Source: Rhodothermales bacterium
GTDB taxonomy: Bacteria > Bacteroidota > Rhodothermia > Rhodothermales > VXPQ01
NCBI GenBank assembly: GCA_040904565.1
Contig: JBBDTI010000016.1
Span: 132,428 to 176,861 of the forward strand
Direction of reading: 5' to 3'
DNA: 44,434 nucleotides
In this document: one piece after another, positions 6,665 to 16,298 of the stretch
Layout of the letters: each line of letters opens with the position of its first letter
Position numbering within the stretch: position 1 is the stretch's first letter
Notes under the pieces: generated by a model
Seen by the model: only the letters and a program-made list of their open reading frames with translations
Database searches by the model: none
Told to the model about the DNA's origin: nothing
Program-made: the position numbers and the translations under genes

Positions 6665-9064
6665 CTACGTCCCTCGCGCGGCGGCGCTTATCACCGCTAC
6701 CACGCCGTACGCCCCGGCCGCAATGAGCATCACGGCGACGAATCCGATCTGGACGGCGAGAAGCGCTGCCAGCACGGAGCTCACTACTGAAAGGCATCCG
6801 TTGATGGCCCACGCCCAGGGCACGTGGCTGCGGCGGCGCTGTGTCAAGAAACGAAGGCCGAACGGAAACGGCATGCCCATCAAGAAGGCGGGAGCCCCGA
6901 CGATCATCAAGGCCAGGAGAGCCTTCCACAAGAGTGGTTGGGAGATGGTCGCGCGCAACACCGGCATGAGAAAGAGGGCATAGAGCGCGATTAGAAGCGC
7001 GACGGCACCGGCCACCGTGGCCATGGACATCGGATTCACGTGGAGGCGCTGGGAGATGCTGCTTCCAACGCCCGAGAAAATCAGGATGGCGGCCAGCACG
7101 GCCGCAACGGCATAGATCGGGTGACCCAGATACAGCACGAAGCGCTGGATGAGCACCATCTCCAAAAAAAGATATCCGATTCCGAGGCCTGAGAAATACA
7201 GAAGCGTCCAGACCCGACCGCCTCTCGCCCATCCATGCCGAAATAGCGGGAGAATGATGAGCAGGATCGCCGCGAAGAAAATCTGAACGAACGCTGCTGC
7301 CGTGATCAGCGTACCGAGCTCGAGGAAGGGAAAGGACTCCGGACCAACCTCGTCAAACAGTCGGGGGACTGTTTTCCATTTCAAGAACTGGGAGAAATAC
7401 GGGTCGTTGTCCGTCGCCGGCTGGATGTCGAAATCGTATCGTTCGATAAAACCTCGATCTCCGGCGACGATCCGGTCGATGTACGCAAAAAAGTTCGTAT
7501 CCTGCAGAACGTTGTAGCGCATTCGCTCCTCGGGTCGAAGCCCGGGAAGGAGGAGCGGGTCGAAGGACAGTTCCCGGGCGGCCTCACGGATGCCGGTCAG
7601 CGCCTCGTCGCCCAGTGGGGCGCGCGTGGCGACGAAGGTGACCGTACCCCAGCTTCGCCAGGCCGCAAGGTGATTTTCCGGCGCTTCCACGCCGGCGTCG
7701 CGAAGCATGCGGACGAGCGTCGCCAGCAACTTCATCGGGTTTCTATAGGGATAGTCCATCCACGACGTGACGCTGATCATGCCGTCGGCCGCGAGACGGC
7801 GCCACATCTCGCCGAATGCTTCAACGGTCAGGCCGTACTCTTCTCGCAGAGCGAAAAGTCCCAGCGTCCCCCCGAAAGCGCCGACGATCGGCTGCGTGAT
7901 GAGCGCGAATGAATCCCGGGTCGCCGCGAGATACGTGCGCGGCTCTTCGGCGCGGACCGTGACGGCCGGGTGATGCAGCAGTGAGTCCGTGTCCGGGGCA
8001 AGCTCGCGGCGCAGCAGCGAAAGGACGCTTTCGTGCGGCTCGACCGCCGTCACGGCCTCCGCACCGTGCGTTACTGCCTGTGCGACGTTGCTTCCCGTTC
8101 GAGCGTGCAGATCCAGCACCATGCGAGGGCGGCCCACGACGTAAGGGAGGACGGAGGTGGAATAATCCAGCAGGTGCACCGAATCGGCGGCGGCCGTGAC
8201 CGGACCGTACCAGTTGCCATTGTTGAAGACGGCCTTCTCGACCGGAATGTCCCCGCGGTAGGAGAGACTCAGCCCCGGCGCATGGCGCAAGGCGGGTGCC
8301 GACACGACCTGAACGAGTCCGTATGGACTGCTTCGCTCCAGCACGATCTCGGCATCCGGCAGGTCGAGCGTCTTGCTCAGATCCTTAAACTGCGACTGCT
8401 GCAGCTCGAACGGACGAAGGAAAAACCATACGCAGATCAGAAGGGCGGTGACCCCGGCCGTGCCGAGGCGGCGACGATATCGCCTTGGGATCACGAGAAC
8501 CCCGCCTGCGACCGCGATGAGACCGACGGCCGGCGGCAGGAGCACCGGCTTCATCACCCACATAAGCGCGAGCGCGAAGAGCGCACCTACGCCCGAACCC
8601 AGCAGGTTCGCGAAGTAATACGTGCCCGCTTCCCTCGAGTATCGGACCAGAATCAAGCCGATCGCGAGAGCACCCAGGAAGAACGGGATGAAGAAGAGGA
8701 GATAGGTAAGGATCAGCGATCCGAACTGACCCGGGTCTACGAACAGCAGGTAGGAATCGAAGCGTGCTACGGCGTGCTCGGAGGCCGCCAGCCATGCCGC
8801 CAGCGGCATGGCGGCGCCGCAGCCGATCATTGCCAGCGGCACAACCATGTGAAAGCGGCGCAGAAACCACCCGCGCGCGAGGGAGAGTACGGTCCCGGCA
8901 GCGCCGAAGCCGAGGAGCGCGACGGAGATCACCATGTAGGCGAAATGATACCACTGCACGACCGATAGCAGCTGCATCAGTACAAGCTGAAACCCGATCA
9001 GACCGGTCGACACGAGAGCGAGTGCCGTGGTTAGCCGGTTCATGAGCAGGTCCGAATGAGGCAT
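6665..9064 (-). CDS. Polytopic membrane protein with a central spermidine synthase-like SAM-binding fold
   Basis: HFAYMVISVALLGFGAAGT N-terminus, TM block, soluble domain (AVTAVEP, EEPRTYL, LTVEAF), PATDNDPYF, second TM block ending VPWAWAINGCLSV. Start uncertain (9070/9064/9043). Confidence 0.75.
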   Translation of the reverse strand: MPHSDLLMNRLTTALALVSTGLIGFQLVLMQLLSVVQWYHFAYMVISVALLGFGAAGTVLSLARGWFLRRFHMVVPLAMIGCGAAMPLAAWLAASEHAVARFDSYLLFVDPGQFGSLILTYLLFFIPFFLGALAIGLILVRYSREAGTYYFANLLGSGVGALFALALMWVMKPVLLPPAVGLIAVAGGVLVIPRRYRRRLGTAGVTALLICVWFFLRPFELQQSQFKDLSKTLDLPDAEIVLERSSPYGLVQVVSAPALRHAPGLSLSYRGDIPVEKAVFNNGNWYGPVTAAADSVHLLDYSTSVLPYVVGRPRMVLDLHARTGSNVAQAVTHGAEAVTAVEPHESVLSLLRRELAPDTDSLLHHPAVTVRAEEPRTYLAATRDSFALITQPIVGAFGGTLGLFALREEYGLTVEAFGEMWRRLAADGMISVTSWMDYPYRNPMKLLATLVRMLRDAGVEAPENHLAAWRSWGTVTFVATRAPLGDEALTGIREAARELSFDPLLLPGLRPEERMRYNVLQDTNFFAYIDRIVAGDRGFIERYDFDIQPATDNDPYFSQFLKWKTVPRLFDEVGPESFPFLELGTLITAAAFVQIFFAAILLIILPLFRHGWARGGRVWTLLYFSGLGIGYLFLEMVLIQRFVLYLGHPIYAVAAVLAAILIFSGVGSSISQRLHVNPMSMATVAGAVALLIALYALFLMPVLRATISQPLLWKALLALMIVGAPAFLMGMPFPFGLRFLTQRRRSHVPWAWAINGCLSVVSSVLAALLAVQIGFVAVMLIAAGAYGVVAVISAAARGT

Positions 9065-9099
9065 ATACAACCGTTCGCGAAACGGGTAGCGAATATCGC

Positions 9100-9936
9100 C
9101 TACTCGTCACGAGTGAAGGGCACGAAGCGGACCGGCACGAGACTGCGCGTCGAAAGGTCGTCCGCCCGTTTTTCGACGAGCATCAGCGTTTGCGTACGAA
9201 ACGGCGATCCGACTGGAATGATCATGCGCCCGCCGTCCTTGAGCTGATCGATGAGGGGTGGAGGGATGTGTTCGGCGGCCGCCGTAACGACGATGGCGTC
9301 GAAGGGTGCGTGTTCTTCCCAACCAAAATAGCCGTCCGCCTGCTTGACGTGTACGTCGCCGTAACCGAGCTGCCGCAGACGATCCCGGGCCGTCCGCGCA
9401 AGCTCGGGAATGATCTCCACGGTAAAGACCGCCTCGACGATCTCCGCGAGGATAGCGGCCTGATAGCCCGATCCGGTGCCGACCTCGAGTACGCGGTCGG
9501 ACGAATCGGGCTCGACGAGCGCCGTCATGTACGCCACAATGTACGGCTGGGAGATCGTCTGGCCGTGCCCGATAGGCAGGGGACGGTTCTCGTACGCCTG
9601 TTCGACGTATCCCTCCGGTACGAATTGGTGACGCGGCACGCTTCGCATCGACTCGAGCACGCGCGGATCCTCGATGCCGCGAGCGGCGATGTGCCGTCGT
9701 ACCAGTTCGAGGCGTTCTTCGCGGAAGTCGGCCGTGTCGGCCATCGCTCGCGCAACCTCACCGGCGGACCGTTCCGCTTGGCGGTGGGCGTCGCCCGCCA
9801 CCCCAGTCCCCTCAGCCGTGCGGAGCTCGGAGCCCGCGCCGTCGGAATCGCTGTTGCGCAGATCCGACGTACACGCCGCCGAAAGCATAACCGCCACGCT
9901 CAAGAGCAGCTTCGTGATGTGTAACACATTTCGCAT
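9100..9936 (-). CDS. pcm: Protein-L-isoaspartate O-methyltransferase with an N-terminal lipoprotein-like signal
   Basis: VPRHQFV, PLPIGHGQTISQPYIVA, VLEVGTGSGYQAA, APFDAIVVTAA, VRFVP; start placed at ATG 9936 (MRNVLHITKLLLSVAVMLSAAC). Confidence 0.92.
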   Translation of the reverse strand: MRNVLHITKLLLSVAVMLSAACTSDLRNSDSDGAGSELRTAEGTGVAGDAHRQAERSAGEVARAMADTADFREERLELVRRHIAARGIEDPRVLESMRSVPRHQFVPEGYVEQAYENRPLPIGHGQTISQPYIVAYMTALVEPDSSDRVLEVGTGSGYQAAILAEIVEAVFTVEIIPELARTARDRLRQLGYGDVHVKQADGYFGWEEHAPFDAIVVTAAAEHIPPPLIDQLKDGGRMIIPVGSPFRTQTLMLVEKRADDLSTRSLVPVRFVPFTRDE

Positions 9937-10087
9937 GCGAAGAACGGGGAGATAAGCTAGGGTATCCTGATCATGTCCCGGTCCGGCCGGCCCCGGAAGG
10001 CCGCCGATCGTCGTGCATCCGAGCGCTCGAAGCAATGCAGCCTTGCGCTCGATGGGAACCCGTGGCGAGCGACGTGCTCGCTGAGGA

Positions 10088-10399
10088 TCAGTTTCGGCGC
10101 TGCTTGACGTCTTCCAGCCAGTCGGAGGGAACGCCGTTCGACAAGCCGTTGGCGAACTGATAGTGCGTAGCCCGCGACCGGCGACGACGGCGCTGGTCTT
10201 CCTTGATCTCGCGGACGCCGATAGGCACGGGCATCTCGGGAGCGGACGGCTCCCAGCGTGAGACGATCGACAGCTGACGATCCAACGGAAGCGGCTTCTC
10301 GGGAAAGTAGAGCCGGTAGACCGTCGCCGCGACCCATGTCAGCATACAGAACAGGATGGGCGCGGCCACGATGAACAAGATGAAGGTCGTGATCTGCAC
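10088..10399 (-). CDS. Small single-pass membrane protein of unknown function
   Basis: GTG start with purine-rich GAAGGGAAG upstream, N-terminal hydrophobic helix, fills the gap between ctaF and pcm. Confidence 0.6.
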   Translation of the reverse strand: MQITTFILFIVAAPILFCMLTWVAATVYRLYFPEKPLPLDRQLSIVSRWEPSAPEMPVPIGVREIKEDQRRRRRSRATHYQFANGLSNGVPSDWLEDVKQRRN

Positions 10400-10549
10400 G
10401 GGCTTCCCTTCAGACGATCTCCGGCGACGATTCGGACACCGCTGCGCCGATCCGGCTGCCCACGCCGCTTCGTCGCGTCGAGTGTTAGGTTATAAATCTA
10501 CACGACGATACGCCGGTTCCGGTATCGACGAAAAACCCGCACCTGAAAA

Positions 10550-10975
10550 CTACTCTTCTCCTCCCTCGATGGACGGATCGGACGCCGTCCCTTCGGTGCT
10601 CTCCGGCACGCCGGCCGCCCGATCGCGAAGCATGGACTCGCGGCGCTCGATGTCGGAAATGGTCTCCGAACCGACGTTGCCAAGATCTCCCCTGAAGGCC
10701 GTGTCGAAGAGCGTAAACGTCAGGAAGATGGCGACGAACGTAACCCCCAGCGCGAAGACGAGCGCGTTGACCTTGTTGTCGTACTTGAGCGCCATGAAAA
10801 AGAGCACGACGAGCCCCGCTTTCGTAGAAGCGATAGCGAGTGCCAGCGGGACGTCCAAGCCTCCCAGGTCCAGCTGCGCCGTCAGGGCCGTAACGATCGT
10901 CAGAACCACAAGCACCGCGAAGACCTTGATCAGCGTCTTCTTCGGAGTTACGTGATGGCCGTGTTGTGCTTTCAT
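10550..10975 (-). CDS. ctaF: caa3 cytochrome c oxidase subunit IV
   Basis: LVVLTIVT, LAIASTKAGLVVLFFMALKY, three TM helices, position after subunit III. Confidence 0.85.
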   Translation of the reverse strand: MKAQHGHHVTPKKTLIKVFAVLVVLTIVTALTAQLDLGGLDVPLALAIASTKAGLVVLFFMALKYDNKVNALVFALGVTFVAIFLTFTLFDTAFRGDLGNVGSETISDIERRESMLRDRAAGVPESTEGTASDPSIEGGEE

Positions 10976-11027
10976 TGCTTAACGATTGCGAGTTGAAGGC
11001 AGCGGAATCGTGAACTACGAGCGCAGC

Positions 11028-11708
11028 CTATATGAGATAGAGCAGCGGAAAAAGGAAAATCCAGATGATGTCGACCAGGTGCCAGTACAGTCCGGTAAGC
11101 TCCACCGGCGTGTAATACTCGCTGCCGAAATGGCCCTTATGAGCACGCCACGCGAGCCAGCTTAAGACGCCCATTCCGATCAGCACGTGGACGCCGTGAA
11201 TCCCCGTCATCACGAAGTAGATGCTGAAGAAGATCGGCACGTACGGCTGGCTCATCTCGGCGTACGAAAACGCAGCGCCCGGAAAGATGCCGAGGTGGAA
11301 TTTGTGCGTGTACTCGAAGTACTTCACCACCATGAATACGCCGGCCAGCAGCACCGTGATGACGAGGTAGCGAACCAGTGTCCGGCGCTTATCCGTCTGC
11401 GCGGCGTGAATGGCCAGTGCGACGGTCAACGAGGATCCAAGCAGCACCAGCGTATTGAGTCCACCGAGCCATGGATTGAGCTCGGTCGCACCGATGGTGA
11501 AGACCTCCGGATACCACACGCGATATACGGTGTACGCCACGAACATCCCACTGAAAAGCAGAATCTCCGTGATCAGAAAGAGCCACATCCCCAGCTTCGC
11601 CGCGTCGAACTGCTGCTCGGACGACACGAAGTAGTGCTTCAGGTGCGGCGGATGATGCTGCGATGCGGACGCATCGTGCGTCGTTGCCGTCGCTGTCGGG
11701 TTGGCCAT
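11028..11708 (-). CDS. ctaE: Cytochrome c oxidase subunit III
   Basis: LGMWLFLITEILLF, NTLVLLGSS, TGIHGVHV, YWHLVDIIW. Confidence 0.95.
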   Translation of the reverse strand: MANPTATATTHDASASQHHPPHLKHYFVSSEQQFDAAKLGMWLFLITEILLFSGMFVAYTVYRVWYPEVFTIGATELNPWLGGLNTLVLLGSSLTVALAIHAAQTDKRRTLVRYLVITVLLAGVFMVVKYFEYTHKFHLGIFPGAAFSYAEMSQPYVPIFFSIYFVMTGIHGVHVLIGMGVLSWLAWRAHKGHFGSEYYTPVELTGLYWHLVDIIWIFLFPLLYLI

Positions 11709-11760
11709 AATCTCTATCGTTCGATATTACGTCTGAACGCGCCCATCAAAAGGGATCGCC

Positions 11761-13488
11761 TTAGTGTGACCGAGCCTCCTCGGAGGGTGCCGTGTCGCCG
11801 ACGGGGCTGCCGTTCCCGACACCGTCGCCGAATACTTCGCCGGCCAGATAGTAGTCGTACGGGCCGTGGGTGACCAGCGGAGTGCGGTGGAAGTTGTGCG
11901 GGGACGGTCGCCGCCCCGTGTGCGTCCACTCGAGCGTCGCCGCGTGCCACGGGTTCGCGCTCGCTTTCTCGCCCCTGAACATGGACACGAGCATATACCC
12001 GAGGACCAGGAACAGGCCCATGCCCAGGACCCAGGATCCCACCGTCGACAGCTGATGAAGAAACGTGTACTCGTCGATGTAATCGTAATACCGGCGGGGC
12101 ATGCCACGCGTGCCGAGCACGAGCTGCGAGAAGAACGTCAGGTTGAAGCCGACGAAAATGAGTCCGGCCGCGATCTGAGCCAGGCGCTCGTTGTACATCC
12201 GGCCCGTGATCTTCGGCCACCAGTAATGCAGGCCGCCCAGCAGGGCGATCACCGTACCACCCATCATGACGTAGTGGAAGTGCCCGACCACGTAGTACGT
12301 GTCGTGCAGGTGGATGTCGACGGCCAGCACGCCCACCATGATGCCGGTAACGCCGCCGATCGTAAAGAGCACGAGAAACGACAGCGCGTAGAGCATGGGG
12401 GTCTTGAATGACACCGACCCCTTGTACATCGTTGCGATCCAGTTGAAGATCTTGATGCCGGACGGAATACCGATCAGGTAGGTGATGAGCGAGAAGATGA
12501 TCGATGAGATGGCGGACTGGCCCGAGACGAACATGTGGTGGCCCCAAACGAGGAACCCGAGCATGGCGATCGCAACGGAAGACAGCGCGATGGCCGTGTA
12601 CCCGAAGATGCGCTGCCGCGAAAACGTGCCGATAAGCTCGGAGATGATCCCGAATCCCGGCAGGATCATGATATAGACGGCCGGATGCGAGTAGAACCAG
12701 AAGAAGTGCTGAAAGAGGATCGGATCGCCGCCCAGCGCCGGATCGAAGATACCGATGCCCATCAGCCGTTCCAGGAAGAGGAGCAGCACGGTGATGCCGA
12801 GCACCGGCGTCGCGAGCACCTGCACGATGCTCGTGGCGTAGATGCTCCAGACGAACAGGGGCAGGCGGTTCCAGGTCAATCCGGGCGCCCGCATCTTGTG
12901 GATGGTGACGATAAAGTTCAGCCCCGTAAAGATCGACGCGAACCCGGCGATGAACACGGCCATCGTGAGAAACAGCACCGCGGGTCCCGTGCGGGCCGAA
13001 TACGGCGTATAGAACGTCCACCCCGTGTCGACGCTTCCGACGACCATCGCGACGACGATCAGGATGACGCCGATCAGATAGAAGTAATAGCTCGTCAGGT
13101 TCAACCTGGGAAACGCCACGTCTTTCGCCCCGAGCTGAATGGGCAGCAAGAAGTTGCCCAGAAACCCGGGAATGGCGGGGATGATAAATCCGAACACCAT
13201 GATGATCCCGTGCAGCGAGAACATCTGGTTATAGGTGTCGGCCGTCATGATCGTCTCGCCGGGCATAAAGAGTTCGGCGCGCACGAGCAGCGCGAACACC
13301 CCGGCCACTAGAAAGGCGAGCGCGGTGGTGATCCCGTACATGATGCCGATCCGCTTGTGATCGACGGACAGGAGCCACGACTTGATACTCGTATCGTGCG
13401 TGATGTAATCGCCGTGATCACCGTGATCACTGTGCCCTTCGTCTCCTGCAGGCGCGGCTTTCGGCTTCTGGTGCTTTGCTTCCGCCAT
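11761..13488 (-). CDS. ctaD: Cytochrome c oxidase subunit I, type A2 heme-copper oxidase
   Basis: [23 protein letters not shown] (A2 YS motif), [24 protein letters not shown]. Confidence 0.97.
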   Translation of the reverse strand: MAEAKHQKPKAAPAGDEGHSDHGDHGDYITHDTSIKSWLLSVDHKRIGIMYGITTALAFLVAGVFALLVRAELFMPGETIMTADTYNQMFSLHGIIMVFGFIIPAIPGFLGNFLLPIQLGAKDVAFPRLNLTSYYFYLIGVILIVVAMVVGSVDTGWTFYTPYSARTGPAVLFLTMAVFIAGFASIFTGLNFIVTIHKMRAPGLTWNRLPLFVWSIYATSIVQVLATPVLGITVLLLFLERLMGIGIFDPALGGDPILFQHFFWFYSHPAVYIMILPGFGIISELIGTFSRQRIFGYTAIALSSVAIAMLGFLVWGHHMFVSGQSAISSIIFSLITYLIGIPSGIKIFNWIATMYKGSVSFKTPMLYALSFLVLFTIGGVTGIMVGVLAVDIHLHDTYYVVGHFHYVMMGGTVIALLGGLHYWWPKITGRMYNERLAQIAAGLIFVGFNLTFFSQLVLGTRGMPRRYYDYIDEYTFLHQLSTVGSWVLGMGLFLVLGYMLVSMFRGEKASANPWHAATLEWTHTGRRPSPHNFHRTPLVTHGPYDYYLAGEVFGDGVGNGSPVGDTAPSEEARSH

Positions 13489-13545
13489 GACCCTATCTAT
13501 CTATATCGTTGTGGACTTCCGGCGCCGCAGCGCCGCCGTCGTTCG

Positions 13546-14478
13546 TCACTGAAGCTGCTCGATATACGCGATCAGCCCGGACAGCTCCCGCTCGCTCAGA
13601 TTCCCGTACGCCGCCGGCATGACGTTCTGATACCCCTCTACGATGGTTGCCCCCGGCTCGAGAATCGACTCGCGCAGAAAGTCTTCATCGACCTCTACCG
13701 TCGAGCCGTCCGCCAGCGTCTCCGTCTCTCCATACAGGCCCTGCAGCGTCGGTCCGATACCGGCCGTCCCGTCGATGCTGTGACAGGCCGCGCAACCCCG
13801 CTGCTCGTAGAGCTGCTGTCCCAGTTCCGGCAGCGGCATGTCTTCATCGGTCCCGGCCGATGCCAGCCACTCCTCAAAATCACCCTGTGAATGCGTCACG
13901 AGACTCGAGAGCATCTCCGAATGTCCCTGTCCGCAGTACTCCGTGCAGAAGACGTGAAACGTGTCCGTTCGCGTCGCCTCGAACCAGACGGAGGAGTACC
14001 GGTCCGGGAGAACGTCCTGCTTTACCCGAAACTCCGGCACGAAAAAGCTGTGGAGGACGTCCACGCTGCTCATGTTCAGGCGAACCGGGCGATCGACGGG
14101 GACGTGGAGCTCGCCGACCGTAACCGTTCCGTTCGGATATTCAAACTCCCAGCTCCACATGGAACCGCGCACCTGGATTTCGTAGGCGTCGGGCGGGGAC
14201 ACGCTCTGGTCGATGAATAGTTTGAATCCCCAGTTGAAGATGATCAGCACGAGAATCGTAGGCAGAATAATCCACGAGATCTCGACGATCGTGTTCGGCT
14301 CCACGGGTTGGGGCACGTGTACCTCGTCCTGCCGCCGGTACCGTACGGCGAGATAGATCGTGGCCGCCACGACGCCGACGAACAGAATGATGCTCGCCCA
14401 GGTCACGAAGTAAAACAGGCTGTCGATCTCCGGCGACATCGTCGACGCGCTTTCCGGCAGCCAGAATGTATCGTTCAT
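13546..14478 (-). CDS. ctaC: Cytochrome c oxidase subunit II with C-terminal cytochrome c (caa3 type)
   Basis: DVLHSF, CuA motif CTEYCGQGHSEM, heme motif CAACH with distal NVMP. Confidence 0.96.
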   Translation of the reverse strand: MNDTFWLPESASTMSPEIDSLFYFVTWASIILFVGVVAATIYLAVRYRRQDEVHVPQPVEPNTIVEISWIILPTILVLIIFNWGFKLFIDQSVSPPDAYEIQVRGSMWSWEFEYPNGTVTVGELHVPVDRPVRLNMSSVDVLHSFFVPEFRVKQDVLPDRYSSVWFEATRTDTFHVFCTEYCGQGHSEMLSSLVTHSQGDFEEWLASAGTDEDMPLPELGQQLYEQRGCAACHSIDGTAGIGPTLQGLYGETETLADGSTVEVDEDFLRESILEPGATIVEGYQNVMPAAYGNLSERELSGLIAYIEQLQ

Positions 14479-14535
14479 ATCTCTTGGTCCCAGACTCTAT
14501 CTAAATACCGTGTATCGGGAACTACCAGGGCACGC

Positions 14536-14546
14536 GGGGGGGGGGG
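14536..14546 (+). repeat. G11 homopolymer in the sco-ctaC spacer
   Basis: Eleven consecutive G read directly from the sequence. Confidence 0.9.
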
Positions 14547-14551
14547 CTTCG

Positions 14552-15403
14552 TCACGCCGCGGCCTCTTGCCACGACCGGTGCGACTCGCGACGCCAGTAC
14601 ATAAAGAGGATGGACCCGAGCAGCAACACCGTCAACCCACCCCCCAGCTTCATGAGATTCCGGGCGTGGAGTACGTAGGAGTTAGCGTTCGGGTCGAACT
14701 GAAAACAGTAGAGCAGCGCCTGGTCGAACGCCGTGCCAACCTTACCTTCGGAGGCCTCCACGAGCGCCGTCTTCACGTCGGATGGCTTGTACTTGATGCC
14801 GTGCAGGTATCGCGACACCTTTCCGTCTCCACTTAAAAAAATGAGTGTGGATGGATGGGCGTATTCCTGTTCCTCTTCCACCCATCTGTACTCGAAGCCA
14901 ACCGCATCGGTCACGGCTGCTATGGCGGAGTCAGGCCCCGTCAGAAAATGCGAGCCGGCGGCCGCCTCGGGTCGACCCATCATATCCAGATACATTCGCT
15001 TTGCGTCTGCAGCCTCGGCCGGGGTCTCGCGCGGATTGAAACTCAGCGTGATCACGTCGAACTGGTCGCCGGGCGTCCATTCCATCCGGCCGAGCGTCTC
15101 GGTCAGCCCCTGCAGCACGAGGCTGCACAGCATCGGACAGTTATGGTAGACCAGCGCCAGAATCACGGGACGCTCGCCGTCGAAAAACGATCCGAGCGCG
15201 GCGGCTTCGCCGTCCTCATTCTCGAATACGGGGTCCAGCGGGACCATCTCGCCGAGACGTTCGTCGATGCCGGTACCTTCCAGCTGGCGGGGCATCTGGC
15301 CGGTTCGCTGCGCCGCGGCGCACGTAGCACCCGCGATCAACAGCACGATGATCGCCGCCGAAAGCCGATACGAGAGCCGATATATCCGGGCTGTACGTCT
15401 CAT
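14552..15403 (-). CDS. sco: SCO1/SenC family copper chaperone
   Basis: Signal peptide, YHNCPMLC (CxxxC), YAHPS histidine, C-terminal TM; sits between the act and cta genes. Confidence 0.9.
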   Translation of the reverse strand: MRRTARIYRLSYRLSAAIIVLLIAGATCAAAQRTGQMPRQLEGTGIDERLGEMVPLDPVFENEDGEAAALGSFFDGERPVILALVYHNCPMLCSLVLQGLTETLGRMEWTPGDQFDVITLSFNPRETPAEAADAKRMYLDMMGRPEAAAGSHFLTGPDSAIAAVTDAVGFEYRWVEEEQEYAHPSTLIFLSGDGKVSRYLHGIKYKPSDVKTALVEASEGKVGTAFDQALLYCFQFDPNANSYVLHARNLMKLGGGLTVLLLGSILFMYWRRESHRSWQEAAA

Positions 15404-16188
15404 GGATCGCCCGCGCCGAGATCCAGTTCCGAAGAAGTTAGGGCATCCTGCCGCTGTTCGTCCGCCATCAGTTCCATCGCACGGTCGATCGGGATCCGAT
15501 ATCGTTCCGCTTCCCCCTCGACGGCGCCGTACTGCGTCAGTCGCTCGACGGCGTGAAGGCGGCTCTCCCGCAGCTCAGGATATCCGCTTCGCCCCGTAGC
15601 CTCGACACGGGCCGCCTCCGCCGTGATGTCCATGTACTGAAACAGCACGAAGATGGCGACTGCGAGCACCACGGCCGTAGCGACGACGACGCCCAGAATC
15701 TGGCCGGCCTCCACCCCTTCGTGCTCGACGCCGAGCTCCACCTCCTCTTCGATCCACTTCCGCGCGTGGGTCATCTCGGCGGCTACTTCGGCCGCCGCAC
15801 CGTGCATCATGCGCCCGAGTGGTCCGATCTCCTCGTCCTGGTCGGGCTGGGAGACGCCGGAGGCCGCTTTTTCGTCGGATGCACTCACAAAACTTTCGAT
15901 GTTGTCCGCACCATGAACCGTGCCGTCCGCATCTTCGACCAGTACGCGCCAGTAATACGTCTCTTCGTCCGCGGGCAGCTCGTTCCGCAGCGTGAATTCC
16001 GTGCGCTGGAGCGGCTTGGAGGTGTACAGCACGTCTTCGAACTCTGTCGTCCGGGCAATCTCGATGCGATAGGCAGACGCCTGCTTCAAGGGTTTCCAGA
16101 TAAACGTTACCCGACTGGCCGGCACGACGGACTGCTCGCGCGGCGCGACCAATACGGGAACCATGGATGCCTCTTCTTGATGGGCCAT
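15400..16188 (-). CDS. actG: ActG-like single-pass subunit with an extra N-terminal FN3/Ig-like domain
   Basis: Position between actF and sco; EHEGVEAGQI + TM + YGAVE..YRIPIDRAM typical of ActG; N-terminal W..Y..YYWRV beta-sandwich pattern. Confidence 0.65.
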   Translation of the reverse strand: MAHQEEASMVPVLVAPREQSVVPASRVTFIWKPLKQASAYRIEIARTTEFEDVLYTSKPLQRTEFTLRNELPADEETYYWRVLVEDADGTVHGADNIESFVSASDEKAASGVSQPDQDEEIGPLGRMMHGAAAEVAAEMTHARKWIEEEVELGVEHEGVEAGQILGVVVATAVVLAVAIFVLFQYMDITAEAARVEATGRSGYPELRESRLHAVERLTQYGAVEGEAERYRIPIDRAMELMADEQRQDALTSSELDLGAGDP

Positions 16189-16298
16189 ACTTCGAGTACC
16201 TTAGACGGGATTGATGTGCGAACGCGACAGGGAATCGCGCGGATCGTCATCCGCGGTGAAACTAGAATGAAAACCGATTTTCGGCGGCCAAGCCACGC

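Noticed and set aside
16238-16292. Hairpin CGCGGAT-CGTC-ATCCGCG and a possible internal promoter TTGGCC-N16-CATTCT in the actF-actG spacer
   Set aside because: Short stem without a U tract and a weak promoter match; expected by chance at this GC content.
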